Shown: positions 45,597 through 54,597 of the stretch, one piece after another | How the letters are laid out: the number at the start of each line of letters is the position of its first letter | Numbering within the stretch: the first letter of the stretch is position 1 | IMG/VR virus record: IMGVR_UViG_3300049454_000020 | Coordinates: 1-56,363 of that record | DNA length: 56,363 nt | Reading direction: 5' to 3' (one strand) | DNA from: a virus | Lineage: Duplodnaviria; Caudoviricetes | Translations under genes and position numbers: made by a program | Notes under the pieces: model-generated | What the model was told of the DNA's origin: nothing | What the model saw: the letters and a program-made list of their open reading frames with translations, nothing else | Database searches by the model: none

Positions 45597-45847
45597 GTCG
45601 GCATCCCGACGAGCAGCACGTCGATCTCCTCATCGGTGTGGCCGGCAGCGCGGAGGCGTTCGCACTCAGCGGCAAAGGCGTCCTCCCGTGCTCGGCGCGC
45701 TTGGATCTGCTCCTCGTGGTCGGCGGCGCGCATCGCCGCTTGATCGCCGCACTCGTGGGAGCAGTAGCGGTCGCCGGTGCGGTTGAAGCCGCCGCACTCG
45801 GGGCACTCGTCAGGCTGGCCGAAGTAGACGCACACGAAGCCGCTCAT
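45593..45847 (-). CDS. Small Zn-finger protein
   Basis: CPEC...YCSHEC. Confidence 0.6.
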   Translation of the reverse strand: MSGFVCVYFGQPDECPECGGFNRTGDRYCSHECGDQAAMRAADHEEQIQARRAREDAFAAECERLRAAGHTDEEIDVLLVGMPT

Positions 45848-46479
45848 AGCGCGCTCCCGCCGCTCGTGGGTTCGCTCGGCGCGGCGGCGTGCACGCCGAG
45901 CAGGGCGGGCCGGCACAGGTCGCACACGTCGTCGTTGCGCCGGTCGACGTAGGCGTCCACGCAAAGCAGGTGCAGCTCGTTGCGGCCCTGCTTGACCGTG
46001 CCGGGCGCGACCTCGGCCGGCTTGTCGCAGCCGGGCCAGCCACAGGGACAGCCGGCGGGGTGGCTGACGACCACGCCGCCCACGGTCGCGCTGCCGCCGA
46101 GCGGGATCCGGTCGTGGAGCTGCCCGATCGTCTCCTCCCGCAGGCTGGGCTCCGGGTCGAGCACGATCGCCTCAGCGTCGTCGGGGAGTCCGGGCGCGAC
46201 GAGGTCCCGCCACCGCTGCATCGACTCGGCGGTCTTGTGGACCGGCACGCCGAACACGGGTGTCTGGCTGAAGTGCTCGTCGACCGGGTCGATGGTGGCG
46301 GCGTCCGGATGGGGCCGGACGCCGCCGTCTCCCTCGCCCTCCAGGGGGTCGGAGTCTGTGATTCGCGATTCGCGATTCGCGATTCGGTCGGCCCACGCGC
46401 CGACCCGCCAGCAGATCAGCAGCGTCATCACGCCGATGAGCAGCGGGACGGCCATCGCGGCCAGAAGGTCACGCGGCAC
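45844..46479 (-). CDS. Hypothetical protein with N-terminal TM
   Basis: GGAGG RBS; hydrophobic N-terminus. Confidence 0.55.
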   Translation of the reverse strand: MPRDLLAAMAVPLLIGVMTLLICWRVGAWADRIANRESRITDSDPLEGEGDGGVRPHPDAATIDPVDEHFSQTPVFGVPVHKTAESMQRWRDLVAPGLPDDAEAIVLDPEPSLREETIGQLHDRIPLGGSATVGGVVVSHPAGCPCGWPGCDKPAEVAPGTVKQGRNELHLLCVDAYVDRRNDDVCDLCRPALLGVHAAAPSEPTSGGSAL

Positions 46480-47461
46480 GAGCCACCTCCGGGTATCCGT
46501 CGTGGGTCGCGCCGTCGAGGCGACGGCCGTTGGCCTTCGGGTACCTGCCGCCGTTTTGCTTGTGCAGGTAGGCGACGCCGGCCGCGTCGCACTGGTCGCG
46601 GATCGCTCGGAACCAGTCCAGGTCGACGTGCCGGAATCCGGGGCCGGACTCGCCACCGGTGACCACCCAGTCGATGAACGAACGGCCCTGCCTGCATTCG
46701 GAAATGCCGTGTGCCTGACACACGGGTTCTCCCGAGCCGTCGTCGTAGTCCGGGCCGTAGTCCGGCAGCCAGTGGTGCAGGCCGTCGTCGTGGGCGTGAA
46801 GGTCGATCGGCCCGAGCAGCGGCTCACAGGACAGAAACCGTACTGCGGCAGGGGTCTGGAGCAGGCGCGGCACTCGCTCGTCGGCCCGCTGCTGGTCTTC
46901 GACGCTGACGCCTAGCCACACGTTGGGCAGCGGCCACGGCGGCACCCATTCGTCGAGGTTGCTGCCGTCTGGATTGGGGTTGCACGTCCACGTCGACAGC
47001 GGCGACGTGTTCACCGCGCCCTGCTCGAAGATCAGGGCGGTGGCGTGCTCGGCGACCGCGGCGAGGAAGTCGGGCCGGCTGATCAGGGACGCCATGCGCG
47101 GTGCCCGTTTCGTCAGCACCTGGAACGTGTGCCTGCCGGCGAGGGCCATCACCGCGAACGCTCGGGCAATGAACTCGTCGGTCACCTTGGGGTGGAACAG
47201 GTCCGACATCGAGTTGACGAACACCCGCTTCGGCTTGCGCCACCTCAGCGGCAGGTCGAGCGCATCGTCGTGCATAGCCAAGCCGAAGCCCGGCCCGGAG
47301 GTGCGCGGGTCGCCGTCGGTCTGGTACTTCGCGGAGCCCATTCCCTTGAGGCGCTTGGCGAGGGTGAGGGCGTAGCAGTTGTCGCAGCCGGGCGAGACGC
47401 GGTCGCAGCCGGTTGTCGGGTTCCATGTGGCGTCGGTCCACTCGATCGTCGTGTCAGCCAC
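46469..47461 (-). CDS. Phage Gp37/Gp68 (DUF5131) family protein
   Basis: IEWTDATWNP..GC...SPGC.NCYA, FVNSMSDLFH, LTKR, NVWLGVS, SCEPLLG, GGESG. Confidence 0.93.
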   Translation of the reverse strand: MADTTIEWTDATWNPTTGCDRVSPGCDNCYALTLAKRLKGMGSAKYQTDGDPRTSGPGFGLAMHDDALDLPLRWRKPKRVFVNSMSDLFHPKVTDEFIARAFAVMALAGRHTFQVLTKRAPRMASLISRPDFLAAVAEHATALIFEQGAVNTSPLSTWTCNPNPDGSNLDEWVPPWPLPNVWLGVSVEDQQRADERVPRLLQTPAAVRFLSCEPLLGPIDLHAHDDGLHHWLPDYGPDYDDGSGEPVCQAHGISECRQGRSFIDWVVTGGESGPGFRHVDLDWFRAIRDQCDAAGVAYLHKQNGGRYPKANGRRLDGATHDGYPEVARAA

Positions 47462-47768
47462 GGTCGGGCACCTCGACTTCGCGCCACGGTCCGGTGTGGA
47501 CGGTGCCGTCAGGCCACGCTGTCTCGGTGCGGTAGTGGGTGTGACGGAACCTCGGCTGGGCGTGGACAAAGTTCGCCGAGCCGCGCTGCAGCTGGCAGCA
47601 GCGCTTGTTCCCGGACGTGTACTGGTCGTACGTCTCGCCTCCGGGCGGCAGCAGCAGGCCGGCGTCAGCGAGGGCGGACAGGACGGCGCGAGCGTTGACC
47701 TGGTGCACGCCGGCGTGCTCGCGAACCAAGTCCTCGGTCTCGTCGGTCCAGCGCGGCTCAGTCGGCAT
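47454..47768 (-). CDS. Hypothetical protein
   Basis: Overlapping neighbours; GC-rich third positions. Confidence 0.65.
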   Translation of the reverse strand: MPTEPRWTDETEDLVREHAGVHQVNARAVLSALADAGLLLPPGGETYDQYTSGNKRCCQLQRGSANFVHAQPRFRHTHYRTETAWPDGTVHTGPWREVEVPDRG

Positions 47769-48282
47769 TGGACTGCCTCGCCGCAGCGGTCAGGAGCGCG
47801 CGGGCCATCTCGCGCGCGGTGTCGAGCGGCACCCACGCCGTAGCGCGGCCGTGCAGGAGGATCGAGACGTTGCCCTCGTCGTAGCGGTCGACCGTGATGG
47901 CCGCGTTGTCGGACTCCTCGCCGTGCCACGGGATCTCCACCGGCTCCGCGAGGTCCGGGACGAGGCGGACCGGGGTGCCCCTCGCGCAGACCTCGGCCCA
48001 CGAGCGCCATGCGGCGTCCGGCCCGAACTCCAGCCAGCGCAGGCTCTCGTCGTGGAAGGGGCCGGCCTGGCGCCAGTAGACCTCGTCGCCGACTCGCACG
48101 ATGGAGTCGTCGGGGGGCTCCTCCGGCAACGGCTGCGCCACCTCGGTCAGCAGGGTGAGCGGGATCCACACCACCTCGCCGTCGATGTAGAACCCGGCCG
48201 CTGGCGCGCCGGGTTGGCTCCGCTCGTGGTGGGCCTTGCGCTTGGTCCCGCCGAGCGCGCTGGGCAGCAGGTACGTGGTCAC
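47758..48282 (-). CDS. Hypothetical protein
   Basis: GTGA-coupled; GGAGG RBS. Confidence 0.7.
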   Translation of the reverse strand: MTTYLLPSALGGTKRKAHHERSQPGAPAAGFYIDGEVVWIPLTLLTEVAQPLPEEPPDDSIVRVGDEVYWRQAGPFHDESLRWLEFGPDAAWRSWAEVCARGTPVRLVPDLAEPVEIPWHGEESDNAAITVDRYDEGNVSILLHGRATAWVPLDTAREMARALLTAAARQSNAD

Positions 48283-48689
48283 GTCGCCCGCCCTCCGATG
48301 TGGACCAGCTCGGCGACGTCCTTGGACTGCCAGCCGTCAGGCCACGCGGACGAGATGATGGCGTTGAAGCGGGTCGTGTCGCCGATCGCCGCGTGCCGGG
48401 CCATGTACCCCGGCTTCGGTTGCGCGACGACGTCAGCGGCGTGGCTGGCGCCGCCCGTGAGCGTCTGGGCGCGGCGTTCCATGGCGGCGTGGACGTCCAT
48501 GCGCCACCCTCCTGTCAGGTCCGTGCAGAGGGTGCCGAGCGGGGCGGTGAGGCGGGTGTAGTCGCCGACGGCGGCCCACGGCAACGTGATCGTGGCGCGG
48601 AAGTACGCGAACTCGCGGCGCATGGCCCACAGGCCGAGGCCGGCGATGGCGGAGCAGGCGAGGATGGCGGCGAGCATGCGGAATGTCAC
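48279..48689 (-). CDS. Hypothetical protein with N-terminal TM
   Basis: GTGA-coupled; hydrophobic N-terminus. Confidence 0.65.
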   Translation of the reverse strand: MTFRMLAAILACSAIAGLGLWAMRREFAYFRATITLPWAAVGDYTRLTAPLGTLCTDLTGGWRMDVHAAMERRAQTLTGGASHAADVVAQPKPGYMARHAAIGDTTRFNAIISSAWPDGWQSKDVAELVHIGGRAT

Positions 48690-49186
48690 GACGCCACCTC
48701 CGCGCCGAAGACCTTGGCCATTGCCTCGAACTCGTCGGCGCTCTCCGCTCGGGCAAGAGCCGTCACGGCGTCGCGGCTGTACGGCAGCTCCATGCGGAGG
48801 CCGTTGGCCAGCGTGAGGCCGACTTCTACGCGGCCCGTGATCGGGCAGTCCTCGTAGACGCCGCGAGAGGCGTGCCCTCGTCGAATGTTCTCCTGGCCCG
48901 TTACTGGTTCGAGGTGCTCAGGATTGAAGCAGGCACGGTTGCGGCACAGGTGGTCAAGTTCGATCCCATCACCCAGGGACCCATTGAGAGCAAGCCAAAC
49001 CCAGCGGTGCACGCCCAGGGTCTTCTTGGCGCGCTTGACCTTGCCATAGCCGTGGATGTTCCGAGCGCCGGTCCATGTCCAGCACCCGCCGCTACCGATC
49101 GTTAGCCGCGCCAGCAGGTAGTCTGCCTCTGCCGGGAACCCCTCCCGCAGCGTGGCCGCAGCCGGCCGCAACAAATCGGCGCTCAC
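48686..49186 (-). CDS. HNH endonuclease
   Basis: CWTWTG, GYG, HR, LDHLCRNRACFNPEHLEPVT..EN. Confidence 0.9.
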   Translation of the reverse strand: MSADLLRPAAATLREGFPAEADYLLARLTIGSGGCWTWTGARNIHGYGKVKRAKKTLGVHRWVWLALNGSLGDGIELDHLCRNRACFNPEHLEPVTGQENIRRGHASRGVYEDCPITGRVEVGLTLANGLRMELPYSRDAVTALARAESADEFEAMAKVFGAEVAS

Positions 49187-49422
49187 GACTCGCTCCCCTC
49201 AAGCACAGTGAGGCCCAGCTCGGTGAGCGCCCACACGACGCTGCCGGGCGGGAGCATGGCCCAGCCGGCGTCAAGCGCCTCGCGGGCGTCGTGCGTGGCC
49301 ACCCAATGGCCGGAGGCGAGAAGGCGGAAGACGTGGCCGCCGGCGGTGACGACCCGACGGTCACGGATCGCGGCGAGGAACGCGACGCGGCGCGGGGTGA
49401 TCTCCAGGATCGGGCGGGTCAT
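49183..49422 (-). CDS. Hypothetical protein
   Basis: Coupled on both sides. Confidence 0.65.
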   Translation of the reverse strand: MTRPILEITPRRVAFLAAIRDRRVVTAGGHVFRLLASGHWVATHDAREALDAGWAMLPPGSVVWALTELGLTVLEGSES

Positions 49423-49787
49423 AGCTCCACCACCACAATCGGCATGTCAGACCGGATCATGCGCAGCTCGGCGATCGGGTCGATCACGGTGTGGTCGCCG
49501 GGTTTGAGCGGCTCGACCTCGCGGGTCTCGCCGAGCAGGTCGACCTGCTCGGCCAGCCAGCGCCACACGTGCGCCTCGTCGGCGAAGTCCGGGGCGACGA
49601 CGTCGGCGAGGTCGGGATGCTGGGCGAGCAGCGCGGGCCGGCACTCGTCGCTGGCGCGCGGCAGTTGGTGGGTGAACAGGTTGTCGCCGGTCATGTGGTT
49701 GAGCAGGTTGTAGACGCCGCCGACGTGGTCCGGGCTGACGAGGCAGCCCGTGGTCACAGACAGGATGTCGCCGAGGTGGAAGCGCAT
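49419..49787 (-). CDS. Hypothetical protein
   Basis: FHLGDILSVTTG.L...M.G..L.THQLPR; GAGG RBS. Confidence 0.75.
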   Translation of the reverse strand: MRFHLGDILSVTTGCLVSPDHVGGVYNLLNHMTGDNLFTHQLPRASDECRPALLAQHPDLADVVAPDFADEAHVWRWLAEQVDLLGETREVEPLKPGDHTVIDPIAELRMIRSDMPIVVVEL

Positions 49788-50071
49788 CACGCCACCTCGG
49801 CCATCGCTGGCAGCAGCCCGAGCAGCCGCAGCCACTCCTCGGCCTCAGCCGCGCTGCTCGGGGTGAGCGTCGCGCCGGGCAGCGCCTGACCGGGGGCCTT
49901 GTGCTCCAGCAGCCCGTGCCCGCAGATCACCTTCGCGGTGCGCCGGAAGTCGCCGGGCGCCCAGTACAGGTGCTCGTGGTCGAGGGCGATCCCGAACACG
50001 CATTGCCGCCAGCCGGCGGCGCGGCGGGCCTCGACGAGGCGGCGGACGACGGCGATGTCTGCGGGCGTCAC
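49787..50071 (-). CDS. Hypothetical protein
   Basis: Coupled on both sides. Confidence 0.6.
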   Translation of the reverse strand: MTPADIAVVRRLVEARRAAGWRQCVFGIALDHEHLYWAPGDFRRTAKVICGHGLLEHKAPGQALPGATLTPSSAAEAEEWLRLLGLLPAMAEVA

Positions 50072-50724
50072 GACGTCACCAGCGACCCGGCGAGGGCGCG
50101 GGCCTTGGCCGCCTCTGCGCGGTGCTCGTCCGCCCGTGTCGTCCAGTAGTCGGTGTCCGACCTCGTGTCGCGTCGCGCGTAGTCGTCAGCCTCGGCCGCC
50201 TGCTTGTCGAGGCTGACAGCGATCCTCTCCAACTGGGCGAGGCACACGTCGAGCGGCAGCCACACGTCGTCGAGGACGGGCGTCCCGTTCTCGTAGAGGA
50301 CCGTCGACAGGTAGCCGTAGTGAGTGTTGATGTGCATGTGCGCGGACCGGTCGTAGAACGCGGCCTTGTAGAAGATCGACACCCGCTCGCGGCCGTGCTC
50401 GTCGACGAGCCTCGACCACATCGAGTGGTCGGTGGCCTTGCGAGACCATCCGGGCGGCAGCGTCGCGGTGCGGAACATAGGGTCGCCCCGGTCCGGGTCC
50501 CCGAAGGTGAAGCCGAGCGCGAGGTACTGGGCGTCGTCGCCCTCGTCCTGCGTCTTGGTCGGCAGGCGGTCGGAGTTGACGAGCTGCGCCTGGCCGGCTG
50601 CCTCCATGCGCTCGATGGCGTCCGTGGGGTCGCCGGGGCGCGGGCTCGCAAGCTGGTCGAGCAGGAACGCGGCCGCGTTCGCCGAGTCCTGCATGTCGGC
50701 GGTGGTGTTCCGGATCTCGGTCAT
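50068..50724 (-). CDS. Hypothetical protein
   Basis: AGGAG RBS; LP.GW....TDHSMW...D..GR.R..IFYKAAFYDR.A. Confidence 0.8.
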   Translation of the reverse strand: MTEIRNTTADMQDSANAAAFLLDQLASPRPGDPTDAIERMEAAGQAQLVNSDRLPTKTQDEGDDAQYLALGFTFGDPDRGDPMFRTATLPPGWSRKATDHSMWSRLVDEHGRERVSIFYKAAFYDRSAHMHINTHYGYLSTVLYENGTPVLDDVWLPLDVCLAQLERIAVSLDKQAAEADDYARRDTRSDTDYWTTRADEHRAEAAKARALAGSLVTS

Positions 50725-51087
50725 GCGATACTCCTGTCGGTTGGGCCCCGCGCTTTCGTCTCGCTGACTCGCGCGGGGCTTTCGTCTTGTCTTGGTGGGG
50801 CGGGCTCCGTCCGATTCGGAGCCCGCCCCGTGCCGGCCGCCACGGGAGGGCAACGGCCGGCTTCCGCGCTCTAGCCGGGATCTGCCGGGCCGGCGAGCGC
50901 GGACGTTGGGGGGCTGAGGCCCCACACGACTTCTTCGGTCACCGGTTCACGCCCCGATGCCGCAGCCCGTCCGGGATGTCACGCCGGGCTGTGTCGAGGC
51001 GTCCACGCCGGATCGCGGCCAACGTCCGGGCCTCGACCTCAAGGCGGCGTGCGCGGCGGCGTCGGAGCCGGGCGAGCAGGCGGCGGA

Positions 51088-51579
51088 TCACCGGGTCACC
51101 GCCGGTCGCTCGCGGATCAGCCAAAAACCCTCGCCGTGCTCATCCTTGTGGTGGCGGCCGACCTCCCAACCGGGGAGCGCGGACAACTCCTCCCACGTCC
51201 ACCGCTCGCCCCGCGAGCCCCAGCCATCCTCCGGGCGGTTCATCACCCACGCCTCCGGGGGTGGCGCTCCCAGCCATCCTCCGGCGATGTCGCTGTCACG
51301 CACGCGGACGAGCACCCGATCGCAGAACGCCTCCAGCTCGCGCGGCTCGGCCGGGGTGAGCCTCGGGCACGCGCCACAGTCACCCGAGGCGGTGCAGCGC
51401 CCGAACCTCCCCCATCGCGCGCGCGGGGTGTTCCGCGACTCCACGAGGGTCGCGTACGACCTCGGGCGTAGCGCGCACTGGTGCGCTGGCCGTTCGTTTG
51501 CGTTGAGTGAGAGCCGGTTCATGCCCTTGCCGTCCGGGCCGCCGGGCCGGACACGTGGCGATTCGAGGAAGACGGGCAT
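51088..51579 (-). CDS. Hypothetical protein
   Basis: TGATG-coupled; C...DCGAC, Trp-rich C-terminus. Confidence 0.65.
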   Translation of the reverse strand: MPVFLESPRVRPGGPDGKGMNRLSLNANERPAHQCALRPRSYATLVESRNTPRARWGRFGRCTASGDCGACPRLTPAEPRELEAFCDRVLVRVRDSDIAGGWLGAPPPEAWVMNRPEDGWGSRGERWTWEELSALPGWEVGRHHKDEHGEGFWLIRERPAVTR

Positions 51580-51689
51580 CACCGGGTCACCGCCCACACG
51601 AAGACCAGCGGCGTGAGCACGACCGCGACCGGGATCAGGGCCAGCGCCCACGCGACGGCCATCAAGCCGGCCTCACCGTGGCGGGTCAT
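51579..51689 (-). CDS. Small TM peptide (36 aa), not in ORF track
   Basis: MTRHGEAGLMAVAWALALIPVAVVLTPLVFVWAVTR; coupled on both sides. Confidence 0.55.
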   Translation of the reverse strand: MTRHGEAGLMAVAWALALIPVAVVLTPLVFVWAVTR

Positions 51690-52009
51690 GACGACGCCCG
51701 GACAGCGCGGTGGGCGTCAGCCAGAGCCGCGCCCTCGATCAGCCGGACGCCGACCATGCGGGCCAGGTCCGGGCTGTACGTCTGGTCGCCGTGGCGGACG
51801 ACGCCGTCGGCGGGGACGGCGGTGATCGGGTCGCGGACGCCGAGCAGGTCAGCGGTCAGCGCCCCGTCGGCCGTGGCCGTCCAGCGGGTGTAGTTGCGGG
51901 GAACGGGTGTCATGCTCTGGGTGGACATCGATCTCCAAGTGGTTGGTGTCCGTGGGGCGTCGGCCTGCCAGGGCCGGCGTCCCGTCTTCATGTCGCCGGC
52001 GCGGGTCAT
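51686..52009 (-). CDS. Hypothetical protein
   Basis: ATGA overlaps at both ends. Confidence 0.55.
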   Translation of the reverse strand: MTRAGDMKTGRRPWQADAPRTPTTWRSMSTQSMTPVPRNYTRWTATADGALTADLLGVRDPITAVPADGVVRHGDQTYSPDLARMVGVRLIEGAALADAHRAVRASS

Positions 52010-52203
52010 CGGGTCACCAGCGCCACGACGAGCGGGGCCATCGTGACGATCGACGCCGGGGCCAGCAGGACGACGGCGCACGCGCCGCTGCCCGACGAGC
52101 CGCCGCCGCCCCACGGGCCGGTGCCGGCGCGGCCGGAACGTCCGCGGGGGCCTCGTCCGGCGCGACCTTTAGGGCCGCGTCCTGCGTTCCCGTTGCGGTT
52201 CAC
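52006..52203 (-). CDS. Gly/Arg-rich protein with C-terminal TM
   Basis: GTGA-coupled. Confidence 0.55.
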   Translation of the reverse strand: MNRNGNAGRGPKGRAGRGPRGRSGRAGTGPWGGGGSSGSGACAVVLLAPASIVTMAPLVVALVTR

Positions 52204-52400
52204 GCGGCACCAGCCGGCGACGGGAGAGTGGTCGGCGTGAGAAGCGCTTCGACGTCCTCGCGACGGAAACGCAAAAGGCCGCTGGGCAACGTGATCGCCG
52301 CGATGCGGCCTTCACGTACCCAGCGGCTTACGGTGTTCGGGGTCACCTGACACAACTCAGCGACCTCGCTGGTGGTGAGAAGCGACGGACGTGGTGTCAT
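52200..52400 (-). CDS. Excisionase/Cro-like MerR-type HTH protein
   Basis: LLTTSEVAE...V...TVSRWVREGRI...LPSG..RFRREDV; divergent from the repressor. Confidence 0.88.
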   Translation of the reverse strand: MTPRPSLLTTSEVAELCQVTPNTVSRWVREGRIAAITLPSGLLRFRREDVEALLTPTTLPSPAGAA

Positions 52401-52407
52401 GCACCAC

Positions 52408-52486
52408 AAGGTAGGGTGCGGACACGAGTGGTGTCAAGCACCACTCGTGGCCGTAGTCTTGCGCGATGTTGCATAACACGTACGAT
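52408..52486. promoter_or_regulatory. Divergent promoters and operator of the lysis/lysogeny switch
   Basis: Minus strand TTGACA-N18-TACCTT 7 nt before ATG 52400; plus strand TACGAT (52481-86) 7 nt before ATG 52494; inverted repeat CACGAGTGGTG-N5-CACCACTCGTG at 52423-52449. Confidence 0.8.
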
Positions 52487-52493
52487 GACGGTT

Positions 52494-52898
52494 ATGACCA
52501 CTTCAGTTGGAGAGCCCCGAACGGGATGGATCGCGGATGACTCCACCTTCGGCGCTCGGCTGGCGCTGATCCGTCAGCGCATGTCCTGGGGCAACGTGAA
52601 GGAAGCGGCCGACGCCTGCGGCTTGCCGGCCGAGTCTTGGCGCAGGTGGGAGCGAGACGGACGCGCGCCGCGCGACGTCGTTCAAATCGCGGAGGTGATC
52701 GCCGACAAGACCGGCTGCGACATGGGCTGGCTGCTGGCCGGGTCGAGGTTGAGGAGGACACACCCTATTGGTGGATACCAGCGCTCAGGCAGTAGGCGTC
52801 CGCCGACCGGACGGCGCGACCACAGCCGACCGGCCACGCACGGGCCGCCACTCGGACCGGGTCGCACGTCGCGAGTACACCCGCCCATGGCCGCATGA
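52494..52898 (+). CDS. Immunity repressor (XRE-type HTH) with unstructured tail ending MAA
   Basis: TFGARLALIRQ, EAADACG....WRRWE.DG..PR, WLL. Confidence 0.85.
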   Translation: MTTSVGEPRTGWIADDSTFGARLALIRQRMSWGNVKEAADACGLPAESWRRWERDGRAPRDVVQIAEVIADKTGCDMGWLLAGSRLRRTHPIGGYQRSGSRRPPTGRRDHSRPATHGPPLGPGRTSRVHPPMAA

Positions 52899-53001
52899 CC
52901 GATTCACTCTCCGATCATGCTCCGTAACAGAGCCGAAACATTGGAACATGCGTCCGTGTCGCTGATGTGACCTTGAGTCACCCGTCACAAGGATCCCTAA
53001 A

Positions 53002-53826
53002 ATGACCAATCTCATCCACCGCCACCTCAAGCACCTAAAGGTAGGCGGCCGAAGCCCGAACACCATCTACGACAGAGGCAGAGTCCTCGTCCGAGTCGAC
53101 GCCGAACTCCCCTGGGGCGTCGAGGACGCGGACGGCGAGGAGATCGCCGACTGGTTCGACGGCCGCAAGTGGTCGCCCGCCACCCGCGCCTGCTACTGGA
53201 TGCACCTCTGCTGCTTCTACGACTGGGCCGTCGCCGAGCCGGACGGCCCTACCCTCAACCCCATGTCCAGGCTCATCCGCCCACCCGCCGCCCACCACCT
53301 CCCCGACCCCGTCACCGACGACGAGCTGGCGCTCGCGATCAACCGGTCACCGGAGCAGCCCTACGGCCTCGCCGCCTACCTCGGCTCCTACGCCGGGCTG
53401 CGCTGCGGCGAGATCGCGGCCCTCCAGCGCGAGGACATCACCGAGCAGCGCGTCTTCGTCCGGCACGGCAAAGGCGACCGGCCGCGCTACGTCGACACGT
53501 CCCCGATCCTGTGGGAGCGCGTCAAGGACATGCCGCACGGCGTCCTGATTCGCGGCAAGCGCGGACGGCCCATCGGGGGGCGCACGCTCACGCAAGAGCA
53601 GCACCGGCACTGGGTCAGCGTCGACCTGCCGAGAGTCCACCTTCACCGGTTCCGGCACTGGTTCGCGACCACGCTCCTCGTCGGGGGAGCGGACATCCGC
53701 AGCGTCCAGGAGCTGATGGGTCACGCGTCGCTAGCCACCACCGAGCGGTACCTCAAAGTCGTCGACAAGCACCGCCGGGCCGCTGTCCGGTTGCTCCCGA
53801 TGGTGGTGGCACGAGCCGGGGCTTAG
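53002..53826 (+). CDS. Tyrosine integrase lacking an N-terminal arm-binding domain
   Basis: GLR..E, GKG, HRFRH, LMGH, TERY; only 274 aa. Confidence 0.93.
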   Translation: MTNLIHRHLKHLKVGGRSPNTIYDRGRVLVRVDAELPWGVEDADGEEIADWFDGRKWSPATRACYWMHLCCFYDWAVAEPDGPTLNPMSRLIRPPAAHHLPDPVTDDELALAINRSPEQPYGLAAYLGSYAGLRCGEIAALQREDITEQRVFVRHGKGDRPRYVDTSPILWERVKDMPHGVLIRGKRGRPIGGRTLTQEQHRHWVSVDLPRVHLHRFRHWFATTLLVGGADIRSVQELMGHASLATTERYLKVVDKHRRAAVRLLPMVVARAGA

Positions 53827-53913
53827 CCGGCTCGTGCTTGCCACCCGAAGGCGCATAAAACATGATGAGGCCCGGACCCCGCCTCGTCACTAAGTGAGCA
53901 AGGTTTGCCGCGC

Positions 53914-54156
53914 TCAATCCGTCGAGGGCGTCTCAGGTTTCGAGACGACGAACACCCCAACGCCGGCGACGCCCTCGACCAGGCGACGGTCATGCAGCAG
54001 CCCGACCGCCCGGACCACGGTCGCGAGCGACGACGAGTAGATCGTGACGAGCTGGGAGTGAGAGGGCAGCTTCCCGCCCGGCGGGTACTCGCCCGACTCG
54101 ATCCTCGCTTGGAGGTCGTCGGCGATGCCCCGGTACGTCAGACGTTCGACGGGCAC
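53914..54156 (-). CDS. Small GntR-family regulator
   Basis: YRGIADDL...I.SG.YPPG.KLPS, GVGVFV; AGGAG RBS before GTG. Confidence 0.88.
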   Translation of the reverse strand: MPVERLTYRGIADDLQARIESGEYPPGGKLPSHSQLVTIYSSSLATVVRAVGLLHDRRLVEGVAGVGVFVVSKPETPSTD

Positions 54157-54172
54157 GGTGATTCTCCTGAGT

Positions 54173-54250
54173 TGGCTCACTGAGTGAGCCATGCTCATCA
54201 CCTCCCCGTCAAGACCGTCATTGACTATGTGAGCTAAGTGAGCATAGCGT
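54173..54250. promoter_or_regulatory. Operator-like repeats and rightward promoter next to the GntR gene
   Basis: TGGCTCAC-TGA-GTGAGCCA palindrome at 54173-91; TTGACT-N18-TAGCGT at 54221-50 with CTAAGTGAGCA in the spacer. Confidence 0.7.
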
Positions 54251-54378
54251 CGAGCCGGAGGGCCCCGACCTGAGTTGGCGCTTACGAAGGGGCCCTCCCC
54301 CCCAACCAACAAAGTCGGGCCCGAGCGGCGGTATGAACGCCGGCACGGGCCCTTGATCAGACACTGGAGGTCTGACCC

Positions 54379-54597
54379 GTGACCAGACTAGAGCCAGCGC
54401 CAGCAGGCCAGCGCACAGAGCCGAGGGCCTTCGTGGTGGGCGACCGCGTCTACCAGGTCCACACCGACTGGCCCGGCACCGTCGAGAACGCCGACAACCC
54501 CACCCGCCCGGACGTCAAATTCGACGGCGTCACCAACGCCGTCCCCATCGACGCCGCCCAACTGCGCCACCACCCGGTCACCGGCGGCGGCAGATGA
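54379..54597 (+). CDS. Small beta-barrel-like hypothetical protein
   Basis: GGAGG RBS; GDRV...GTV...V.FD. Confidence 0.7.
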   Translation: MTRLEPAPAGQRTEPRAFVVGDRVYQVHTDWPGTVENADNPTRPDVKFDGVTNAVPIDAAQLRHHPVTGGGR

